Part shown: piece by piece, positions 13,079 to 25,149 of the stretch
Numbering within the stretch: the first letter of the stretch is position 1
Layout of the letters: every line of letters begins with the position of its first letter
NCBI GenBank assembly: GCA_051453625.1
Contig: JBOZIK010000001.1
Location: 32,945,172-33,000,667, forward strand
From: Welwitschia mirabilis
Lineage: Eukaryota
DNA length: 55,496 bases
Direction of reading: 5' to 3'
Translations under genes and position numbers: made by a program
The notes under the pieces: model-generated
The model's input: only the letters and a program-made list of their open reading frames with translations
Database searches by the model: none
What the model was told of the DNA's origin: nothing

Positions 13079-13799
13079 CTAATTCAAAATAGTTATAAGG
13101 GGAAGAAAGCCATGGGTGTAAAGCTGTGTAAGAGAAAAATCATAGAAAAGTAACTAGAAACAAGGCCACATAAATGCAAACTATTATGGACCACTAGCCA
13201 TAAGGGATATCTTGAGATCAATAACTACAAATAAAAGGTTGTGGGCTATTAGCAAAAAGTTGCAAAGTATAAGTCACTTAAGGAAAGCTATAGGTTGTGG
13301 GTGAACATTCATAAAAGATAAGCCACATAAGTAAACTCATGAGCTGCAAGTCGCAATAACGTAGCTTAAAGGATAAAGCTAAAAATAGAAAGGCCTCAAG
13401 TTGTAAGATTTATAAATGATGGATCTAGTTTATTTTACGTAAACACTTCTTCAATAAATTAAGAAAATAAGATCAACTTAACTTAAAAGAGGGTGGTCTA
13501 TAGGAAGAGAACTTAATCAGAGCTTCTGCACATTTGAAAACATGGTTGTGAGTCATGAAAAAGTTTGTACCCAACTTATTTCATGAAAGAACCTTTTTAA
13601 GTAAAAAGAACTTAGAATATGCTAGCTAAATTAGCTCAATCAAGTAGTAGCTCACTGGAAGGGAATTATGCCTAACTTCTACATGCTTTGACAACAAAAT
13701 GCCATGGGTTGCAAGCTGTAAATGAGATTGAAGCACTTCCAAGCCTATTTATTCAATTTATAAACTATTGTGATGCTATTAGGAGCTTAATTTGTTAAA

Positions 13800-15900
13800 A
13801 AGAAACACCTAATTTAAAATGTGACAATACTAACTTATGTCTTAAAATTAGATATTATGAGAGCCTCTGATAGTATTTGCTGAGGATTCCTACTTTATAT
13901 TTAAAAATCTAAAGGGTTTCTAAATAACTTTGTTCATTTAGTTTTGTAAATGCAACAATTTAATAAGTTTAGCTTGAAACTTATTTTCTAGTTGCATGGT
14001 TTCTTTAGAGTTGAAAAAGGTTTGAGAAAAGGAATCACCTTTCATCTTGCTTATTCATAATCATTTTGAACTATTTATAAGATTGTATAAGATAGATGAG
14101 GGGAATATGGCTATCTTGCATGGCAAAAATAAAAACTTTTTAAGTAATTATTATGCTAATGATATTATATTTTTCCTCCTAAATCTAGTATTAAACAGGT
14201 CCAAGTGATAAAATGATGATTAAAAAAATTTAGAAAAAAGTAGAATTTATTTCTCTAAGTAGCAAACTATAACTAAAACCTTACAAATATACAAGGGGAA
14301 AGAAATAGATTTCTATCTTGTTGTTTCTATGTGAATTAGAAGCATATTTCTACTTAGGATAGCTTTATGTAGAAACTTAAGAGAATATGTAACAATTGAA
14401 ATGCGAATTTATTATTTAGTGAACCCAAAATTATTTTGGCTAATGTTGTTTTGTAAGCTACTATAAGATATAGTGCTTCTATAGGAGTTTTAGTAGAGAA
14501 GATTAAAGGGTTAAGAAATAGAATCATCAAAAATTTTATTTAGGAAGGAGGAAAAGAGAGTGCTAGGATTCATGTGAGGGCATGAAATAAAATAACAAAG
14601 CCAGTGGGATTAGGAGGATGGGGGATACAAGACATTAGGAATAGTATTTTTTCTATTAAACAAATATAATTGAGAAGGTAGAAGTTTTGAGTTTAGCTCT
14701 CTAGATAAAAGTTATAAAATGGAATATAAAGATCAGAAAGTTAAGTAAAGCATAGTCTTATTTCTAGGTATTCCTATGCAAAGGAGGAAGGGAGCTAGAA
14801 AATGACTTGATAGCTAAGAAATGGTAATATATCATTTTAGCCATAAAAAAACTTTGAAGAGCTCGATCTTGAATGAAATAGATAATATTATACTAGCTAA
14901 AAACTAGCTTTAAAAAAGGATAGAAACTAAACTTAAAACTATTAGAGTGGGAAAATTTTCCAAAAAATGGGAATACTCAAATTGATTTTATCATAAATAA
15001 ATTAGAACAAATAAAAATTAATTTGCAATCAATACATAGATATAACAAGGAGAGGAGAGTTATTAATAATGAAATAGTCACCTCAAAATAAATACTAATT
15101 TAAAAAAAGGAACAAATGCACTACTTAGAGACAAGTTGCAAAAATGCATAACAGGAAGTATAGAGTTTTAAAATTGTTAATTGTGAAAGAATGGGTGCTA
15201 ACAATGGTTACTTTAAGGCAACGAGGCTTTTAAGTGCTAGAGATCTATGGTGCATGCAAGGATCATCCAAAGTAAATGAAGCATTTATTATAAAAGTTAC
15301 TTATGGCTCAACCAATTTGGGATCGTTTTTACTAGTAAAGGGACTAGGATACATTGTTAACATAGTGGGAAAGAATCTAGACATAGTGTTATGATTCATC
15401 CAGATAGCAAAAAATAGCTAGATTTTTAGGAAAGTTAAGCAAAATAGTTATTAAAATTTATGCAAAATTTAAACAAGACTTATGAAAGCTAAAGTTATTT
15501 GTAACATGGGAAAGCATCCTTGGTTTGAGGAAGAAGATCCCCAATGATTTAGGAATAATGGTGTCTTATGGAAACAAATCCATTATTGGATGGATGCCTC
15601 TACTAGAGTTGAAAGGAACTCTTAAATTTAAGGTAGTTACTTTTATCAAAAAAGAATTACTTATAATAGAATAAAAAATAATTTTCAATCAACCAAGTAC
15701 TCAGCTAAAGCCACAAGTCTAGTATTAAAGGGTGAATTCATCTTTTCAACATTCATGGGGTATAATAATGCAAACAAGTTCTTTACAAAAAAAGGGTACA
15801 TTCACAACATCAAACGTCAAATGCATGGGATTTAAGGGTAAAATTCATGGATTGCTAAGTCATTTAAGATGGAAATCATTCCAACCTAAGAGGATTGCAT
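13800..15900 (+). mobile_element. Highly degenerate L1-type LINE ORF2 remnant (RT and C-terminal region)
   Basis: LKLDIMRASDSIC*GFL at ~13840 (cf. KLDMxKAYDxVxWxFL). GLRKG..LSSCLFII at ~14020 (cf. GLRQGDPLSPxLF). YANDIIF at ~14152 (cf. YADD). A*NKITKPVGLGGWGIQDI at ~14580-14637 (cf. WxxIxxPKxxGGLGIRD). Boundaries approximate. Confidence 0.75.
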
Positions 15901-17440
15901 TTCAATTTCTTGTGGACCCTAAGAGAAGGTAGTAAGGATAAAACTCCCTTGATATTTGTCAAAAAAATTAAAGGATAACAGTAGATGAATTCACTCAAGT
16001 CTAATTCAAAGAATTTTTTAATTTCTCAAGAGGAACCCTGAACACTAGAAAAAGAAGAATGCAATAATCATGATACGGTTCTAGATAATGTTGATAATAG
16101 ATAAGAAAACTGACCAGATAAGAATACAAAACCAAAAATTATCATTTTTAATGATGAAGAGATGGAAGGAGAAGGTCTTGCAAGGAAGGAGGAGAGGATG
16201 GAGCTACCAGATGCCACCATAGGATAGAAGGAAGGGAAAGAGGCAAAAGGGAAATATCACATTAGAGAAAAATTCAAAAGATGAATTAAGAAAAGCCCAA
16301 TCAGAGCTCTCAAATAATGAAAATTCTTATCAAAAGAAGCCCATTAAACAGGAATCCAAGAAACAAAACTGGCAGCAAAAAGAAGACCATGATGACTTCT
16401 TTCATAGGAAGAACAAAATGAAGAAAACAATGGAGAGAGCAACAATGCAAAATTCAATAAGCTTGCCCCAATCATAGATTGGCAAGATTACAATGCTGAA
16501 TTGGGTTTGACTCCCAGTGCACCCATTGAGGGAATTGTCAAAACCCATCGAAAGCTTTTCTTTAATGGCATAAGACAAAAATCCTTATAGAATGGAGGAG
16601 GACCTTCTAAAAATTGTCAAGTTCGACAATGCTAAGAATATGCTTGACAATAAATCGAGAACAGTTGCCTTCATTTTTTTTTTCGATTCTTGGTTTCTAC
16701 TATCTACCTTTTTCAAAACTCGTTTTTGCTTCAAGGATGATGGTGTATAATGTACTTATTTTGAATTGCAATATACATGACCTTTTATTAAAAAACAGAT
16801 ATTTAGTTTAAAAGTAATTTTGTTACCTGTGATTAAAAAAAGGAAAGTTTATTAACTGTGAAACATTTAGCACATCAATGCTTATTGCAAGCATAGGACC
16901 AGAATTTGATGTCTCGTAAAACTCAAAATTTTACCCTCGATCCAAAAGATAAAAAACGATAAATGAGTAATTCATGAGGTTTCACATGGGATGTCCAAGC
17001 AAAATTCACCATGAGCACGTTACCAAGAGGCCATGAAGAAGTAAAAAAGTACAAAGGAACATGAATAAGAATAAAGTTGTACAAGCAAATGACTACACAG
17101 TAACCTTAAAGCTCTACCGTTTCTCAGCTCGAAAGATCAAAAAGAAAAGCCAAAACCAACTTTGAACTTGGTCGGCCTCTCAGAAAGCAAAAATGGGCTC
17201 AAAAAACACCGACGCGCATCGCAGCAGCCCATTCTTTTGCATGCAGATCATTAAATAAATCGCTCCAGAAAGGCCGACGATTCCGCCTCGCTGTAAATCC
17301 CGAGACTCATTTCTCTTTTCTCTTTTGCTGGAAGCAGCAACCCACAAAAGCATATCGCAGTTCCAGTGGCAGAACAGCAGAGAATAGCAGAAGCAAAAAC
17401 TCTTTTCTGGGTTTCGTTCGTTTTATTCCGGAGGGCGGAA

Positions 17441-18236
17441 ATGAGCAAACTCAGCAAACTGAGACTCATTTTGATTGCTTTTTGCAGTCTGTTTTTGGGA
17501 TGGGCGGACGGATGGGCGTGCAGAGATACCTGCGGGGCGATGCAAGTGAAGTATCCGTTTGGAACAGGCCCGGGTTGCGGAGACCCGCGATTCGCCCGCT
17601 CGGTGAGCTGCGTAAACCAGAAACTGATGTTTACCACCCGGTCCGGCTCGTACCCGATCCAGTTCGTGGACTACGATCGGGCGATCATCCTGGTGTCTGA
17701 TCCACGGATGTCCACCTGTTCCTCGATGCAGCAGAGCGGCAGTTTCGGACTGGACGACAACGCACCCTTCAAGCTCCATAACGATGCTTTTGTGCTCCTT
17801 GGATGTTCTTCTTCATCTTCCGTTTATGATCCACAGAATTTTCTCTGCGATTCTGGAAGTTTGAAGGTATGTTCAGAGCTTTACAGTTGCCCGGCAATCA
17901 GCGGGCTTGGGATTTCTCAGTATACGTCTGTTGCTTCTTCTTGCTGCGTTTATACGCCGACGAATCTGGGATCTGCGACGGAGATTAATTTGCAGAAGTT
18001 GCAGTGCCAGTCTTATACGAGTATTTACAGCTTTTCTGATGATATGTCGGATCCGACTTCATGGAAGTATGGGATTGTGCTTAAGTATAATTTCGATCTT
18101 GATAATTCCAAGTTTCCCAGCGCCTGCGTCGACTGCGAAGAGAGCCACGGAGTCTGCGGATACACCGGACAGTATAATTCCTTCGTCTGCGTCTGCCGCA
18201 ATGGCGTCAACACTACCCACAACTGTTACGGCCAAG
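17441..18236 (+). CDS. Exon 1 of a kinase-less wall-associated-receptor-kinase-like protein (signal peptide, GUB_WAK_bind-type Cys-rich domain, WAK-associated Cys-rich region)
   Basis: ATG at 17441 gives MSKLSKLRLILIAFCSLFLGWADGWA, a signal-peptide-like segment. It is followed by CRDTCGAMQVKYPFGTGPGCGDPRF, the CGxxxIxYPFxxxxGC signature, and later C..C..S.G.CGY......F.C.C. From memory it resembles the Arabidopsis At1g10380-type proteins. Donor CAAG|GTAAGG after 18236, phase 1. Confidence 0.92.
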
Positions 18237-18367
18237 GTAAGGCACATAGTTGAGTTTCTTGTCTGATGTCTGTTTGCTTAAGGATTTGCAGAGGATTGTT
18301 TTGTTTATTTGCAGTGATGTAGTAGGATTCACAGGCATTGATTTTCTGTTCGTTTGTTGATTTGCAG

Positions 18368-18427
18368 ATGATTACTGGGACAATGCCCCGAGTTCTCGGT
18401 CTGGAATTTTCTCCGCTTGGATCGCCG
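18368..18427 (+). CDS. Predicted exon 2 of the WAK-like gene (DDYWDNAPSSRSGIFSAWIA)
   Basis: T-rich intron 18237-18367 ending TTTGCAG. The 60-nt exon is open in the phase-1 frame. Donor GCCG|GTGCGT. Confidence 0.75.
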
Positions 18428-18541
18428 GTGCGTTTTCGTTTCGTCATGTTTCCAAGGCATCTGATTTACTGACTGTTTTGCTGATTTGATTTGATTTGCT
18501 GACATTAAGTATTTTGTTGATCTCGTTTCGCGGATGTTCAG

Positions 18542-18594
18542 GAGGAGTTTTTGCGGCGATTTCTATGGCTTTCAAAATGTGGAAGTTCTTCTGA
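18542..18594 (+). CDS. Predicted exon 3 of the WAK-like gene (GGVFAAISMAFKMWKFF*)
   Basis: T-rich intron 18428-18541 with branch-like CTGAC and a TTCAG acceptor. Stop TGA at 18592-18594. The exons sum to 796+60+53=909 nt, i.e. 302 aa plus stop, ending in a hydrophobic tail. Confidence 0.72.
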
Positions 18595-19277
18595 AAGCTC
18601 GAGCGGATTGGATCGGACGGAGGTTACAGAGAACTCGGTTGGGGCAAAGGCCGCACTGAGAATGCGTTTTCTTTCACAGCTACTCTGCAAGAATAAGGAT
18701 TTCTGGAAGTGAACTGTGTGATCCATGTCACATGCTTTGTAAAATTCTTTCTTCATCTTTTGAATAAGAGATACATGTGTTTTCATGATACGATTTCCAG
18801 AGCATATCTTTCCAAATGTTTGCTTTTTGCTTTCCGCCATATTCCGTCGCCAGAAATCTCTGCGAAAGGCCGAGGGAGATTTCATGCAAATAAAGATGCT
18901 ACTTGACTGAGTGGGCCTCAGACATGGGTCTCCGTTCCCTCTCCCTGCAATTCGCATCCCTTTCAAAGTATGCTCTCTTTATACCACATGCCCTTTATCG
19001 GGTGAGGTGTTGATTGGTTTATGAGTCGGTTTACTCCATTGCACTTTTATCAAGAGCTTCATCATAATGAGTATCCAAAATACATGCCTACCATGAACGT
19101 GATAAACACACATCATGAGTAGTTTTTTCTTTTTTGTTTTTAACAATAAGATTTTAAAATTTACATTATTTTTAAAAAATTCATAACCTTAACCTTCAAG
19201 TTTAACCTCCTCCCAGTCAACACTATGTTATGTCAATGGGGCAGTAGTCTGGTTAGTCAACACTATGTTATGTCAAT

Positions 19278-19377
19278 GGGGTGTTAGTCTAGTTAGCAGG
19301 ACACTTGCCTTTATTTAAGAGGTTATGGATTCAAACTCTCGAATGCTATGAGACCCTAGACATAATTAAATCATTCA
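19278..19377 (+). mobile_element. Candidate tRNA-derived SINE remnant, copy 1
   Basis: GGGG start, A-box-like TAGTCTAGTTAG and B-box-like GATTCAAACTC at tRNA-like spacing. The tail GACCCTAGACATAATTAAATCA is shared with copy 2. Confidence 0.5.
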
Positions 19378-19984
19378 TTTGAACGACTAGGGTAGTTGTA
19401 TTCCTAAGGTGAGGTACAACCATTAAAATATTGATTTTGACATCTCTCCATCAACACTATATCATAACAAAGTGCCCAATGTTCTTTGCACATTACACAA
19501 AACAAAAAACATGTTCTTATTTGTAAATTTCTTAAATAAATAGTGGGATCTGTTTCACTTGGTTTTGCCTACTTAGATCCTTGTCAAGGACCATAATTTA
19601 GACTTTAGATTACAAATGTTTTCTTTACCACTTTAATCATTTGATGTTTGAATCAAAACATCACATCGTAGATATTTGATATCATAATAAAACTCTTAGA
19701 ATGAAGAACCCTTCGAGCGTGTAATGGACTTTAGTTCATGTTATATTATTTTTATTCCAACACATGTCTAGATCATGTGTGATGGAGTGATTTTTATTTT
19801 TCTATTATTAGTTACCAGCGTCATGATCATTAAAATCTCTGTGTTATATTTGTTAAGACTAAACATTACCCCTATTGAAGGTTTCATAAGAGCCTTATGA
19901 TCTCTTAAAAGTATATTACTTTTCCTTCTATATCCTAGATCTCCTTAGAAAAAAGTGCACATAATTAGATGATGAAAGCTAATT

Positions 19985-20095
19985 GGGTTCTACTTTAATT
20001 GGTGCAAAACTTGTCCTTCATTCAGGAGGTTATGGGTTTGAGCCTTTGAATGCGCTTCTTATTAAATGATAAGACCCTAGGCATCATTCAATCAC
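19985..20095 (+). mobile_element. Candidate tRNA-derived SINE remnant, copy 2
   Basis: GAGGTTATGGGTTTGAGCCTTTGAATGC...GACCCTAGGCATCATTCAATCA aligns with copy 1 (GAGGTTATGGATTCAAACTCTCGAATGC...GACCCTAGACATAATTAAATCA). Confidence 0.45.
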
Positions 20096-23000
20096 TAATA
20101 GTTTCAAGTTCAACATCCATCCATATTATATGAATTTTAATAAGCTTATTGTGAGTTTTAAAGGACATCTCCTTCTACATGACCCTTTTATCATTCTTTT
20201 AAGGCTTATGAGACTATAAGTAAAACTAAATATTTTATTACACCTATAAAAGATCCTATGGATCCACTAGGTAAGAGAAATGTAGATGGCATAAACTTGA
20301 AAACTTTCAAAACCAACAAAAATAACCAAGAATCATAACAACTAACACAAGTTGACCATGATATTATTTAATGCTTTATTTCTATAATGAGCTCTCTGTT
20401 TTATACCATTAAAGAAAATATGATGTTCATCTTTAATAATACTTGGTTATAAGGTCTATGAGTATGTTGTTACTCAGGGATTTACTATCTTGTCCTACTT
20501 CTCAACTAATGAGATCCCATTCTTACCTTATAATATGGATTTGAATATGCAAAGAAAAGTATTACTTAAATAACTTACTCTCGTAGAACTCCTTTCCAAA
20601 AGTTGTTTAAATAAAATCATTTCTTCCTATAATGTGTGTCTATAGTGTAGGCTTGAGTAAGGGCTTTTGTCCTTTATGTTATGGGTTTAACTCCTTATAA
20701 TGCCTTAAGTAATTACCCTAATATTAGGAATGAGACCTGCATAATGTTAAGTTCAATGTTATGGCTATAATTGCAAGAAATCTTATAGCCATAGTGGATT
20801 TATAGCATCTTATCCCATCCTTAACCTTAACAAACTCTTAAAATGCTTTCTTTCCATTTACAATTCTTTTTAAATTCTTTGAATTGTTTTTTTTTGTTTA
20901 AATGGTTCTTAAATTTGTTTAAGGCCTCAGTTAAAAATTTTCCAGTTGGGTGTTTCATTTTTACAATGAAATATTTTCCTAATAAAACTAAACTTTAATT
21001 TAAATCTCTATGAAATTTTTTTATTGAATTTCTTATTTTTAAAGTTTATAAGATTCTAAGTATATGCAATAAGTTGAAAAATTTCCTATGATTCCAAGGG
21101 ATTTAATTCAATTTCTAAAAGGATAATATTATTTTGCATTTATTATTGTACTCTTAATTATTTCAACAACAAGGTTTTTGAGTATCTTCTATTTTTATTT
21201 ACCATTGACTTACTAAACTAGAATCCGAAAATTCATTCCCTGAGTATGACCCTTTAGTCCCTAAATTCTTGTTAGTGATGCAAGTCATTTTAAATGATGT
21301 AATAAAAATCATCTAGTCTATTTTGCTAGTTAATTCCAGAAACCATATAAGACAACTAGTTGAATAAGAGAATGGAAAAGTTATTTATAAATATGCATAA
21401 GATGAAATAAGTTTAATTTGTTCATTCTTTAGAATATCAAAGTTAATGGTTCATGTACTACATACTATAATTATAATTTTATGCAAATTGATATTTATTC
21501 TAAAATAGTGCAAAAATTATTTAAAATCTAAAGCACTCTTTATAATGCTTGCTTAGGTGTAAGGGCAAAAAATGATATCATTCACCAAGGGAAAANNNNN
21601 NNNNNNNNNNNNNNNNNNNNNNNNNNNNNNNNNNNNNNNNNNNNNNNNNNNNNNNNNNNNNNNNNNNNNNNNNNNNNNNNNNNNNNNNNNNNNNNNNNNN
21701 NNNNNNNNNNNNNNNNNNNNNNNNNNNNNNNNNNNNNNNNNNNNNNNNNNNNNNNNNNNNNNNNNNNNNNNNNNNNNNNNNNNNNNNNNNNNNNNNNNNN
21801 NNNNNNNNNNNNNNNNNNNNNNNNNNNNNNNNNNNNNNNNNNNNNNNNNNNNNNNNNNNNNNNNNNNNNNNNNNNNNNNNNNNNNNNNNNNNNNNNNNNN
21901 NNNNNNNNNNNNNNNNNNNNNNNNNNNNNNNNNNNNNNNNNNNNNNNNNNNNNNNNNNNNNNNNNNNNNNNNNNNNNNNNNNNNNNNNNNNNNNNNNNNN
22001 NNNNNNNNNNNNNNNNNNNNNNNNNNNNNNNNNNNNNNNNNNNNNNNNNNNNNNNNNNNNNNNNNNNNNNNNNNNNNAAAAATGATATCATTCACCAAGG
22101 GAAAAAAAAGATCTAACAATTTATTTATGGCATGATCAGCATTGGAGCTATGAACACTCACTCACAATGTAGCACTAATTTCTTCATGAATAACAGGTTT
22201 AACTTTGTTGGAAGAAAGATGTCATAAGATTGGATGCTTAGCGAGATCAGAATGCTTGAAAGAAAGTTAATCTTAAGGGTAGAAAACAAAATGGAAAGAT
22301 AAAATGGTATAAANNNNNNNNNNNNNNNNNNNNNNNNNNNNNNNNNNNNNNNNNNNNNNNNNNNNNNNNNNNNNNNNNNNNNNNNNNNNNNNNNNNNNNN
22401 NNNNNNNNNNNNNTCACTCGCAATGTAGCACTAATTTCTTCATGAATAATAGGTTTAACTTTGTTGGAAGAAAGATGGCATAAGACTGGATGCTTAGCAA
22501 TATCAGAATGCTTAAAACAAAGTTAATCTTAAGGGTAGAAAACAAAATAGAAAGATAAAATGATATAAATTAGAGATTTCATTATGTTTATTTTCCGTAA
22601 CTCTTGTACTCAGAAATTGCTTGTTGAATTTTAAACTTTCATAAGTTTACTTGTGGATACATTGCGCGAATAATAACTTGATCCATTATATAAAGGACAA
22701 ATTTACTAAAATTTTAATAAAATGATCATTAGCTTAGGGAAGTTGCTCCTTTATTCATAGGTTGAGTTGCATTTTTCATCCTCATCCGTTACTATTTTCA
22801 TTTCACATCCATTTCATACATATCTATAATTCATTTCTTCATTTTAGCTTTATTACATTTTCATGAGGAATAAAACACTATGAGGCACACATGTTTCTAT
22901 CATAGACTAATCTTTTACTTTATGTTTTCACTAAAAAAAAGTAAAATTGAATTATGGACACTCAAAAAGTATGAGTTTTTGATAGTTTTTCTTTGCATTG

Positions 23001-23162
23001 TAGCATAGGTTGCCTTGTTTTTCATCTTTGCCCTTCTAAATAAAATAGATCATGTTAAAGAAGTTTCTAAAACTTGAAACTTGTTATCAAAAGTTGATTG
23101 TAATTTTTCTCATCTTAGAAACTTTGAGAACAAAGTCTAATTTTGGATGGAAGTGTAACATT

Positions 23163-23199
23163 TGTGTGTGTGTGTGTATGTGTGTGTTTTTTTTTTTTT
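23163..23199. repeat. (TG)n microsatellite followed by poly-T
   Basis: Directly visible: about 12 TG units with one interruption, then a T run. Confidence 0.95.
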
Positions 23200-24163
23200 A
23201 AATCATAACTTTGATGCCTTATTTTTCTTAAAAATTGGCTAAAAATTTCTAAAAGTTATATAATCTTTTAAGAACTTGAATAATTTTCCTTAGAATTTTT
23301 CCATATTAATCACCCTTTATCATTCTTTTCACTAAGGAACTAGCAAGATCTGGTTATGTAATAACATGTAAAAATTAGCATTTAAATCAAGTATTTTAGG
23401 TCAACGTAGCTTAAGAAATATAATTAATTAATTATTTTTCTTATGAAATTATGTTTTTCCTTAGTTTTACGATAAATTATCAAGTTATGCACTTTCACAT
23501 GATAAACTCAGTTACATAATAACATTATGAAGCATCATACCAAATCAGCTCCAAACTACTATGTCAAACTTATCATGGAGTTATACGTGAAATGTAGTTA
23601 TGGGCTCTACCAATTACTACATCCTAGGTAGTCATGATCATTAGAGACATGTGCCATCAAAGNNNNNNNNNNNNNNNNNNNNNNNNNNNNNNNNNNNNNN
23701 NNNNNNNNNNNNNNNNNNNNNNNNNNNNNNNNNNNNNNNNNNNNNNNNNNNNNNNNNNNNNNTTTAATTAATCATTTTTCTTATGAAATTATGTTTTTCC
23801 TTAGTTTTATCATAAATTATCAAGTTATGCACTTTCACATGATAAACTCAGTTACATAATAGCATTATGGAGCATCATACCAAATCAGCTCCAAACTACC
23901 ATGTCAAACTTATCATGGAGTTATACATGAAATGTAGTTATGGGCTCTACCAATTACTACATCCTAGTCAGTTGTGATCATTAGAGACATGTGCCATCAA
24001 AGTTGTAGACCCATGGCATTGATGTAATTGACATCTAACAGTGACATGGCAATAAAAGTGACATGTGATAGTGGCAGTAATACATGTAATGGTAGTACAT
24101 GTTAGAAGCATCAAGACTCAAGGCCACATGTTGAAATGATTATGAAAATCTTACATCAAATAT

Positions 24164-24335
24164 TACAAGATAAAGCTTCCACTAAATGCTAAATGATGAA
24201 GCTTTCACCTAATGTTACAAGATAAAGATTCCACCTAATGCTACAAGTAAGGAATCTTAACCTTAACCTAATGCTAAGAAAAAATCTTATTCATCTAAAG
24301 CTAAATAGTGAATATTTTGCCTGATGCTATAAGAG
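24164..24335 (+). repeat. ~26-bp degenerate tandem repeats in the LTR U3 (ACAAGATAAAGATTCCACCTAATGCT); related arrays at 31030-31355 and 38320-38403
   Basis: The ...AAGATTC(C/T)ACCTAATGCTA... unit recurs in three LTR copies. Confidence 0.8.
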
Positions 24336-25149
24336 AAAGTCCACCCACCTCACTTACTACTACAAGCCAAGAAATCCAACTATCCCCTCCTTAGCTTCAC
24401 CCATAAAATATCTTTGAAATTCCTCATTATATCATCACTTCCTCTTTAGAAAAAGCTTTGTTGTACCTTGGCATAGTCTTTAAGATAATGTCTTACTAAG
24501 TTAACATTAGGAGTGGGCCAGACTAATCTGATGAGTTTGTATCACATGTATTCTTCTTTCAAGGATGTAAGGCATTTTCTTTATTTTCATAAAAGTATAG
24601 TTTTCCTCTTTAATTTTAAGTTACAATTCATATTATAATTTTAATGCTTAAATGAAACTATTTATTTGCTAATTATCTATGTTTTCAAGTGAATCTCTTT
24701 TTCTTATAGTTTTGTTTGGCAGTTCATATATGTTTGATGGTCTTTAGGCATTAATTTTCCTACTTTTCATACTTACATTTAGGTTGTAATAGATAAAGTA
24801 GCATAGGGATCTCACTGGTACTGATGTGGTAAATGATAGTATGCTACCATGAACCGAGCCTTAATAACTTGACATCTTTTAAGATTGATTAGGAAATTTT
24901 ACCATATCTAATGAATAAAAGGTTTATTTGTTAGATGATTTAGGCTAATTTTTAGAGAGTTAGTTCACTCCCTTCTTTTGCCATTTGAAGTTTTCCTTGA
25001 TAATCCTTTAACTTGTAGGTTACTTTTCTCCCATAACTATTTATGTACTAGCCATTTAACCTGTCACATTCATCACTGTGAAGAGAATGATACAGGGTAT
25101 TACTTAGTTAAAACAAATAAAGGTAACAACAACTTTATCATGATGACAT

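Larger units (their letters stand above)
22160..24900 (+). mobile_element. Athila-like family 2, copy A: 3' non-coding region and 3' LTR (LTR from ~23359)
   Basis: Homologous by eye to 36290-38400 in the same orientation and to 25150-27100 inverted. LTR start TAATAACATG is a mutated TG(T/A)TAACAT. It contains the ~26-bp CCACCTAATGCT repeats and a TATA-like motif at ~24403. Ends approximate. Confidence 0.7.

Noticed and set aside
17193..17258. Short upstream ORF MGSKNTDAHRSSPFFCMQIIK
   Set aside because: The TSS is unknown and the ORF may lie upstream of it. There is no evidence of conservation.
17366..17440. N-terminal extension of the 295-aa ORF from a GTG start
   Set aside because: Non-ATG start. 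The ATG at 17441 gives a proper signal peptide, so this stretch is likely 5' UTR.
17251..18966. Overlapping antisense and alternate-frame ORFs around the gene (e.g. 17251-17637, 17423-17779, 18538-18966)
   Set aside because: Expected shadows of GC-rich sequence, with no recognisable motifs.
19278..19350. Functional tRNA gene
   Set aside because: I cannot fold a convincing cloverleaf or assign an anticodon. It is kept only as a SINE candidate.
20760..20793. 11-bp perfect inverted repeat TATGGCTATAA/TTATAGCCATA with a 12-nt loop
   Set aside because: About what chance gives in tens of kb of AT-rich DNA, and too short for a miRNA precursor or MITE.
20800..21595. Possible second LINE remnant on the minus strand (LVNDIIF resembles the YADD region)
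   Set aside because: Only one or two weak motif matches with inconsistent spacing. It needs an HMM search.
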